Assembly (NCBI GenBank): GCA_043228905.1
Contig: JBHGNT010000040.1
Span: forward strand, 186,001-250,000
Length of the DNA stretch: 64,000 nucleotides
From: Azolla caroliniana
Lineage: Eukaryota; Plantae; Polypodiophyta
Direction: 5' to 3'
The position numbers and the translations under genes were made by a program. The notes under the pieces are model-generated. The model had not been told where the DNA came from. It did no database searches and saw only the letters and a program-made list of their open reading frames with translations. Of the stretch, positions 54,801-64,000 are shown piece after piece (the stretch's first letter is position 1; every line of letters starts with the position of its first letter).

Positions 54801-57800
54801 TTTTTTAATTCCATATCATAGCTAGTGTTAGTAGCTGCGATTCGCATGATTGGAACACTAAAATCGGATATCACACGAGCCAGTTATGAACATTTTAATT
54901 TACTCACGGGCTCTTCTCAACTCCCTCGTCTAATTTGCTAATTTCTTCATGTCTCTCGACCTGAGTTTCAAAATCTTGATTTTTTAATTCCATATCATAG
55001 CTAGTGTTGTTAGCTTCGATTCGCATGTTTGAACACAAAAATCGGATATCACACGAGCCAGGTATGACAATTTTAATTTACTCACGCGATCTTCTCAACT
55101 CCCTCCTCTGATTTACTAATTTCCTCATGTCTCTCGACCTGAGTTTCAAAATCTTGATTTTCTAATTCCATATCATAGCTAGTGTTGTTAGCTTCGATTC
55201 GCAGGTTTGAACACAACAATCCGATATCACACGAGCCAGGTACGAACATTTTAATTTACTCACGCGCTCTTCTCAACTCCCTCCTCTGATTTACTAATTT
55301 CATCATGTCTCTCGAGTTGAGTTTTAAAATCATGATTTTCTAATTCCATATCATAGCTAGTGTTGTTAGCTTCGATTCTCATGTTTGAACACAAAAATCG
55401 GATATCACACGAGCCAGGTATGACAATTTTAATTTACTCAAGCGATCTTCTCAACTCCCTCCTCTGATTTACTAATTTCATCATGTCTCTCAACTTGAGT
55501 TTCAAAATCTTGATTTTCTAATTCCATATAATAGCTAGTGTTGTTTGCTTCGATTCGCAGGTTTGAACACAACAATCCGATATCACACGAGCCAGGTATG
55601 AACATTTTAATTTACTCACGCGCTCTTCTCAACTCCCTCCTCTAATTTACTAATTTCTTCATGTCTCTCGACCTGAGTTTCAAAATCTTGATTTTTTAAT
55701 TCCATATCATAGCTATTGTTATTAGCTTCTATTCGCATGTTTGAACACAAAAATCGGATATCACACGAGCTAGGTATGACAATTTTAATTTACTCACGCG
55801 ATCTTCTCAACTCCCTCCTCTGATTTACTAATTTCCTCATGTCTCTCGACCTGAGTTTCAAAATCTTGATTTTCTAATTCCATATCATAGCTAGTGTTGT
55901 TTGCTTCGATTCGCAGGTTTGAACACAACAATCCGATATCACACGAGCCAGGTACGAACATTTTAATTTACTCACGCGCTCTTCTCAACTCCCTCCTCTG
56001 ATTTACTAATTTCATCATGTCTCTCGAGTTGAGTTTTAAATTCATGATTTTCTAATTCTATATCATAGCTAGTGTTGTTAGCTTCGATTCTCATGTTTGA
56101 ACACAAAAATCGGATATCACACGAGCCAGGTATGACAATTTTAATTTACTCAAGCGATCTTCTCAACTCCCTCCTCTGATTTACTAATTTCATCATGTCT
56201 CTCTACCTGAGTTTCAAAATCTTGATTTTCTAATTCCATATAATAGCTAGTGTTGTTTGCTTCGATTCGCAGGTTTGAACACAACAATCCGATATCACAC
56301 GAGCCAGGTATGAACATTTTAATTTACTCACGCGCTCTTCTCAACTCCCTCCTCTAATTTACTAATTTCTTCATGTCTCTCGACCTGAGTTTCAAAATCT
56401 TGATTTTTTAATTCCATATCATAGCTATTGTTATTAGCTTCGATTCGCATGTTTGAACACTAAAATCCGATATTACACAAACCAGGTATGACAATTTTAA
56501 TTTACTCACTTGCTCTTCTCAACTCCCTCCTCTAATTTACTAATTTCTTCATGTCTCTCGACCTGAGTTTCAAAATCTTGATTTTTTAATTCCATATCAT
56601 AGCTAGTGTTATTAGCTGTGATTCGCATGATTGGAACACTAAAATCGGATATCACACGAGCCAGGTATGAACAGTTTAATTTACTCACGCGCTCTTCTCA
56701 ACTCCCTCCTCTAATTTACTAATTTCTTCATGTCTCTCGACCTGAGTTTCAAAATCTTGATTTTTTAATTCCATATCATAGCTAGTGTTGTTAGCTTCGA
56801 TTCGCATGTTTGAACACAAAAATCGGATATCACACGAGCCAGGTATGACAACTTTAATTTACTCACGCGCTCTTCTCAACTCCCTCCTCTGATTTACTAA
56901 TTTCTTCATGTCTCTCGACCTGAGTTTCAAAATCTTGATTTTTTAATTCCATATCATAGCTATTGTTATTAGCTTCGATTCACATGTTTGAACACTAAAA
57001 TCCGATATTACACAAACAAGGTATGACAATTTTAATTTACTCACTTGCTCTTCTCAACTCCCTCCTCTAATTTACTAATTTCTTCATGTCTCTCGACCTG
57101 AGTTTCAAAATCTTGATTTTTTAAGTCCATATCATAGCTAGTGTTATTAGCTGCGATTCGCATGATTGGAACACTAAATCGGATATCACACGAGCCAGTT
57201 ATGAATATTTTAATTTACTCACGCGCTCTTCTCAACTCCCTCCTCTAATTTGCTAATTTCTTCATGTCTCTCGACCTGAGTTTCAAAATCTTGATTTTTT
57301 AATTCCATATCATAGCTAGTGTTGTTAGCTTCGATTCGCATGTTTGAACACAAAAATCGGATATCACAAGAGCCAGGTATGACAACTTTAATTTACTCAC
57401 GCGCTCTTCTCAACTCCCTCCTCTAATTTACTAATTTCTTCATGTCTCTCGACCTGAGTTTCAAAATCTTGATTTTTTAATTCCATATCATAGCTATTGT
57501 TATTAGCTTCGATTCACATGTTTGAACACTAAAATCCGATATTACACAAACAAGGTATGACAATTTTAATTTACTCACTTGCTCTTCTCAACTCCCTTCT
57601 CTAATTTACTAATTTCTTCATGTCTCTCGACCTGAGTTTCAAAATCTTGATTTTTTAATTCCATATCATAGCTAGTGTTATTAGCTGCGATTCGCATGAT
57701 TGGAACACTAAAATCGGATATCACACGAGCCAGTTATGAACATTTTAGTTTACTCACGCGCTCTTCTCAACTCCCTCGTCTAATTTGCTAATTTCTTCAT

Positions 57801-60800
57801 GTCTCTCGACCTGAGTTTCAAAATCTTCATTTTCTAATTCCATATAATAGCTAGTGTTGTTTGCTTCGATTCGCATGTTTGAACACAAAAATCCGATATC
57901 ACACGAGCCAGGTATGACAATTTTAATTTACTCACGCGCTCTTCTCAACTCCCTCCTTTAATTTACTAATTTCTTCATGTCTCTCGACCTGAGTTTCAAA
58001 ATCTTGATTTTCTAATTCCATATCATAGCTAGTGTTGTTAGCTTCGATTCGCAGGTTTGAACACAACAATCCGATATCACACGAGCCAGGTACGAACATT
58101 TTAATTTACTCACGCGCTCTTCTCAACTCCCTCCTCTGATTTACTAATTTCATCATGTCTCTCGAGTTGAGTTTTAAAATCATGATTTTCTAATTCCATA
58201 TCATAGCTAGTGTTGTTAGCTTCGATTCTCATGTTTGAACACAAAAATCGGATATCACACGAGCCAGGTATGACAATTTTAATTTACTCAAGCGATCTTC
58301 TCAACTCCCTCCTCTGATTTACTAATTTCATCATGTCTCTCAACTTGAGTTTCAAAATCTTGATTTTCTAATTCCATATAATAGCTAGTGTTGTTTGCTT
58401 CGATTCGCAGGTTTGAACACAACAATCCGATATCACACGAGCCAGGTATGAACATTTTAATTTACTCACGCGCTCTTCTCAACTCCCTCCTCTAATTTAC
58501 TAATTTCTTCATGTCTCTCGACCTGAGTTTCAAAATCTTGATTTTTTAATTCCATATCATAGCTATTGTTATTAGCTTCTATTCGCATGTTTGAACACAA
58601 AAATCGGATATCACACGAGCCAGGTATGACAATTTTAATTTACTCACGCGATCTTCTCAACTCCCTCCTCTGATTTACTAATTTCCTCATGTCTCTCGAC
58701 CTGAGTTTCAAAATCTTGATTTTCTAATTCCATATCATAGCTAGTGTTGTTTGCTTCGATTCGCAGGTTTGAACACAACAATCCGATATCACACGAGCCA
58801 GGTACGAACATTTTAATTTACTCACGCGCTCTTCTCAACTCCCTCCTCTGATTTACTAATTTCATCATGTCTCTCGAGTTGAGTTTTAAATTCATGATTT
58901 TCTAATTCTATATCATAGCTAGTGTTGTTAGCTTCGATTCGCATGTTTGAACACAAAAATCGGATATCACACGAGCCAGGTATGACAATTTTAATTTACT
59001 CAAGCGATCTTCTCAACTCCCTCCTCTGATTTACTAATTTCATCATGTCTCTCTACCTGAGTTTCAAAATCTTGATTTTCTAATTCCATATAATAGCTAG
59101 TGTTGTTTGCTTCGATTCGCAGGTTTGAACACAACAATCCGATATCACACGAGCCAGGTATGAACATTTTAATTTACTCACGCGCTCTTCTCAACTCCCT
59201 CCTCTAATTTACTAATTTCTTCATGTCTCTCGACCTGAGTTTCAAAATCTTGATTTTTTAATTCCATATCATAGCTAGTGTTGTTAGCTTCGATTCGCAT
59301 GTTTGAACACAAAAAACGGATATCACACGAGCCAGGTATGACAATTTTAATTTACTCACACGATCTTCTCAACTCCCTCCCCTGATTTACTAATTTTCTC
59401 ATGTCTCTTGACCTGAGTTTCAAAATCTTGATTTTCTAATTCCATATCATAGCTAGTGTTGTTAGCTTCGATTCGCAGGTTTGAACACAACAATCCGATA
59501 TCACACGAGCCAGGTACGAACATTTTAATTTACTCACGCGCTCTTCTCAACTCCCTCCTCTGATTTACTAATTTCATCATGTCTCTCGACCTGAGTTTTA
59601 AAATCATGATTTTCTAATTCCATATCATAGCTAGTGTTGTTAGCTTCGATTCGCATGTTTGAACACTAAAATCCGATATCACACGAGCTAGGTATGACAA
59701 CTTTAATTTCCTCACGCGCTGTTCTCAACTCCCTCCTCTAATTTACTAATTTCTTCATGTCTCTCGACCTGAGTTTCAAAATCTTGATTTTGTAATTCCA
59801 TATCATAGCTATTGTTATTAGCTTCAATTCGCATGTTTGAACACTAAAATCCGATATTACACAAACCAGGTATGACAATTTTAATTTACTCACTTGCTCT
59901 TCTCCACTCCCTCCTCTAATCTACTAATTTCTTCATGTCTCTCGACCTGAGTTTCAAAATCTTGATTTTTTAATTCCATATCATAGCTAGTGTTATTAGC
60001 TCCGATTCGCATGATTGGAAAACTAAAATCGGATATCACACGAGCCAGGTATGACAACTTTAATTTACTCACGCGCTCTTCTCAACTCCCTCCTCTAATT
60101 TACTAATTTCTTCATGTCTCTCGACCTGAGTTTCAAAATCTTGATTTTCTAATTCCATATCATAGCTAGTGTTGTTAGCTTCGATTCTCATGTTTGAACA
60201 CAAAAATCGGATATCACACGAGCCAGGTATGACAATTTTAATTTACTCAAGCGATCTTCTCAACTCCCTCCTCTGATTTACTAATTTCATCATGTCTCTC
60301 AACTTGAGTTTCAAAATCTTGATTTTCTAATTCCATATAATAGCTAGTGTTGTTTGCTTCGATTCGCAGGTTTGAACACAACAATCCGATATCACACGAG
60401 CCAGGTATGAACATTTTAATTTACTCACGCGCTCTTCTCAACTCCCTCCTCTAATTTACTAATTTCTTCATGTCTCTCGACCTGAGTTTCAAAATCTTGA
60501 TTTTTTAATTCCATATCATAGCTATTGTTATTAGCTTCTATTCGCATGTTTGAACACAAAAATCGGATATCACACGAGCCAGGTATGACAATTTTAATTT
60601 ACTCACGCGATCTTCTCAACTCCCTCCTCTGATTTACTAATTTCCTCATGTCTCTCGACCTGAGTTTCAAAATCTTGATTTTCTAATTCCATATCATAGC
60701 TAGTGTTGTTTGCTTCGATTCGCAGGTTTGAACACAACAATCCGATATCACACGAGCCAGGTACGAACATTTTAATTTACTCACGCGCTCTTCTCAACTC

Positions 60801-61700
60801 CCTCCTCTGATTTACTAATTTCATCATGTCTCTCGAGTTGAGTTTTAAATTCATGATTTTCTAATTCTATATCATAGCTAGTGTTGTTAGCTTCGATTCT
60901 CATGTTTGAACACAAAAATCGGATATCACACGAGCCAGGTATGACAATTTTAATTTACTCAAGCGATCTTCTCAACTCCCTCCTCTGATTTACTAATTTC
61001 ATCATGTCTCTCTACCTGAGTTTCAAAATCTTGATTTTCTAATTCCATATAATAGCTAGTGTTGTTTGCTTCGATTCGCAGGTTTGAACACAACAATCCG
61101 ATATCACACGAGCCAGGTATGAACATTTTAATTTACTCACGCGCTCTTCTCAACTCCCTCCTCTAATTTACTAATTTCTTCATGTCTCTCGACCTGAGTT
61201 TCAAAATCTTGATTTTTTAATTCCATATCATAGCTATTGTTATTAGCTTCGATTCGCATGTTTGAACACTAAAATCCGATATTACACAAACCAGGTATGA
61301 CAATTTTAATTTACTCACTTGCTCTTCTCAACTCCCTCCTCTAATTTACTAATTTCTTCATGTCTCTCGACCTGAGTTTCAAAATCTTGATTTTTTAATT
61401 CCATATCATAGCTAGTGTTATTAGCTGTGATTCGCATGATTGGAACACTAAAATCGGATATCACACGAGCCAGGTATGAACAGTTTAATTTACTCACGCG
61501 CTCTTCTCAACTCCCTCCTCTAATTTACTAATTTCTTCATGTCTCTCGACCTGAGTTTCAAAATCTTGATTTTTTAATTCCATATCATAGCTAGTGTTGT
61601 TAGCTTCGATTCGCATGTTTGAACACAAAAATCGGATATCACACGACCCAGGTATGACAACTTTAATTTACTCACGCGCTCTTCTCAACTCCCTCCTCTA
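51830..61700. repeat. Dispersed block duplications at offsets 6058 bp (34 monomers) and 4809 bp (27 monomers)
   Basis: CTCCCTCCTTTAA at 51891 and 57949. TCGATTCTCA at 55372 and 60181. The monomer with GCTGTG and AACAGTTTAA occurs at 56506 and 61315. Confidence 0.8.
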
Positions 61701-64000
61701 ATTTACTAATTTCTTCATGTCTCTCGACCTGAGTTTCAAAATCTTGATTTTTTAAGTCCATATCATAGCTATTGTTATTAGCTTCGATTCACATGTTTGA
61801 ACACTAAAATCCGATATTACACAAACAAGGTATGACAATTTTAATTTACTCACTTGCTCTTCTCAACTCCCTCCTCTAATTTACTAATTTCTTCAGGTCT
61901 CTCGACCTGAGTTTCAAAATCTTGATTTTTTAATTCCATATCATAGCTAGTGTTAGTAGCTGCGATTCGCATGATTGGAACACTAAAATCGGATATCACA
62001 CGAGCCAGTTATGAACATTTTAATTTACTCACGCGATCTTCTCAACTCCCTCCTCTGATTTACTAATTTCCTCATGTCTCTCGACCTGAGTTTCAAAATC
62101 TTCATTTTCTAATTCCATATAATAGCTAGTGTTGTTAGCTTCGATTCGCATGTTTGAACACAAAAATCGGATATTATACGAGCCAGGTATGACAACTTTA
62201 ATTTACTCACGCGCTCTTCTCAACTCCCTCCTCTAATTTACTAATTTCTTCATGTCTCTCGACCTGAGTTTCAAAAACTTGATTTTCTAATTCCATATCA
62301 TAGCTAGTGTTGTTAGCTTCGATTCGCAGGTTTGAACACAACAATGCGATATCACACGAGCCAGGTACGAACATTTTAATTTACTCACGCGCTCTTCTCA
62401 ACTCCCTCCTCTGATTTACTAATTTCATCATGTCTCTCGAGTTGAGTTTTAAAATCATGATTTTCTAATTCCATATCATAGCTAGTGTTGTTAGCTTCGA
62501 TTCGCATGTTTGAACACAAAAATCGGATATCACACGAGCCAGGTATGACAATTTTAATTTACTCAAGCGATCTTCTCAACTCCCTCCTCTGATTTACTAA
62601 TTTCCTCATGTCTCTCGACCTGAGTTTCAAAATCTTGATTTTCTAATTCCATATCATAGCTAGTGTTGTTAGCTTCGATTCGCAGGGTTGAACACAACAA
62701 TCCGATATCACACGAGCCAGGTACGAACATTTTAATTTACTCACGCGCTCTTCTCAACTCCCTCCTCTGATTTACTAATTTCATCATGTCTCTCGAGTTG
62801 AGTTTTAAAATCATGATTTTCTAATTCCATATCATAGCTAGTGTTGTTAGCTTCGATTCGCATGTTTGAACACAAAAATCGGATATCACACGAGCCAGGT
62901 ATGACAATTTTAATTTACTCAAGCGATCTTCTCAACTCCCTCCTCTAATTTACTAATTTCATCATGTCTCTCGACCTGAGCTTCAAAATCTTGATTTTCT
63001 AATTCCATATAATAGCTAGTGTTGTTTGCTTCGATTCGCAGGTTTGAACACAACAATCCGATATCACACGAGCCAGGTATGAACATTTTAATTTACTCAC
63101 GCGCTCTTCTCAACTCCCTCCTCTAATTTACTAATTTCTTCATGTCTCTCGACCTGAGTTTCAAAATCTTGTTTTTTTAATTCCATATCATAGAATTGGA
63201 ACACTAAAATCGGATATCACACGAGCCAGTTATGAACATTTTAATTTACTCACGCGCTCTTCTCAACTCCCTCCTCTACTTTGCCAATTTCTTCATGTCT
63301 CTCGACCTGAGTTTCAAAATCTTGATTTTTTAATTCCATATCATAGCTAGTGTTGTTAGCTTCGATTCGCATGTTTGAACACACAAATCGGACATCACAC
63401 GAGCCAGGTATGACAACTTTAATTTACTCACGCGCTCTTCTCAACTCCCTCCTCTAATTTACTAATTTCTTCATGTCTCTCGACCTGAGTTTCAAAAACT
63501 TGATTTATTAATTCCATATCATAGCTAGTGTTGTTAGCTTCAATTCACAGGTTTGAACACAACAATGCGATATCACACGAGCCAGGTACGAACATTTTAA
63601 TTTACTCACGCGCTCTTCTCAACTCCCTCCTCTGATTTACTAATTTCATCATGTCTCTCGAGTTGAGTTTTAAAATCATGATTTTCTAATTCCATATCAT
63701 AGCTAGTGTTGTTAGCTTCGATTCGCATGTTTGAACACAAAAATCGGATATCACACGAGCCAGGTATGACAACTTTAATTTACTCACGCGCTCTTCTCAA
63801 CTCCCTCCTCTGATTTACTAATTTCTTCATGTCTCTCGACCTGAGTTTCAAAATCTTGATTTTTTAATTCCATATCATAGCTATTGTTATTAGCTTCGAT
63901 TCACATGTTTGAACACTAAAATCCGATATTACACAAACAAGGTATGACAATTTTAATTTACTCACTTGCTCTTCTCAACTCCCTCCTCTAATTTACTAAT

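Larger units (their letters stand above)
1..64000. repeat. Tandem satellite DNA array, 178/179-bp monomer, about 359 copies, single orientation, putatively centromeric/pericentromeric
   Basis: The approximate consensus TTTTAATTTACTCACGCGCTCTTCTCAACTCCCTCCTCTAATTTACTAATTTCTTCATGTCTCTCGACCTGAGTTTCAAAATCTTGATTTTTTAATTCCATATCATAGCTAGTGTTGTTAGCTTCGATTCGCATGTTTGAACACTAAAATCCGATATCACACGAGCCAGGTATGACAA (178 nt) recurs from the first line to the last, with no unique sequence in between. The centromeric role is inferred only from monomer size and HOR organisation. Confidence 0.99.
28300..64000. repeat. Right satellite sub-family domain
   Basis: Enriched in ATGATTGGAAC (179-bp form), CGCAGGTTTGAACACAACAAT, GGTACGAAC, TTTCCTCATG, GATATTACACAA and AAAATCATGATTTT. 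Confidence 0.85.

Noticed and set aside
27121-57180. Isolated 1-bp deletions in homopolymer-like tracts (~27133, ~57178)
   Set aside because: These are singletons in T/A runs and cannot be distinguished from sequencing error.
28536-61497. 17 minus-strand ORFs of 60-81 aa (e.g. MSKLKLSYLA...EEGVEKSK)
   Set aside because: Each is about one monomer long and opens only when particular satellite variants remove a stop or shift the frame. They occur in different frames of the same repeat, and 178 is not a multiple of 3. I recognise no domain. Their recurrence simply tracks HOR copies.
1-64000. CRISPR-like array
   Set aside because: There are no unique spacers: the entire 178-bp unit repeats. There is no leader or cas gene.
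1-64000. Embedded retrotransposon, inversion, 5S rDNA or tRNA repeat
   Set aside because: I saw no non-satellite sequence, strand switch, LTR/TSD, or recognisable 5S or tRNA structure.

Overview
The whole 64 kb window is one uninterrupted, head-to-tail, single-orientation tandem satellite array. It holds roughly 359 monomers of 178 bp (179 bp in a common +1 variant). I see no credible gene, RNA gene, transposon or CRISPR array; all 17 listed ORFs are chance read-throughs of the satellite minus strand. The monomer length and nested higher-order repeats (HORs) resemble eukaryotic centromeric or pericentromeric satellite, but I cannot name the family or organism. What is of interest is the array's architecture. 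(i) Two sub-family domains (about 1-25.7 kb and 28.3-64 kb) are joined by a more diverged transition zone. (ii) HORs and block duplications occur at offsets of 2, 5, 8, 9, 10, 11, 14, 17, 20, 27, 30 and 34 monomers. (iii) A near-identical 8.0 kb duplication at offset 10,504 bp has a junction (17.9-19.06 kb) made of templated segments joined at short microhomologies, which breaks the 178-bp register. All offsets were read by eye from diagnostic variants and should be confirmed by dot-plot. I found no novel protein-coding system.
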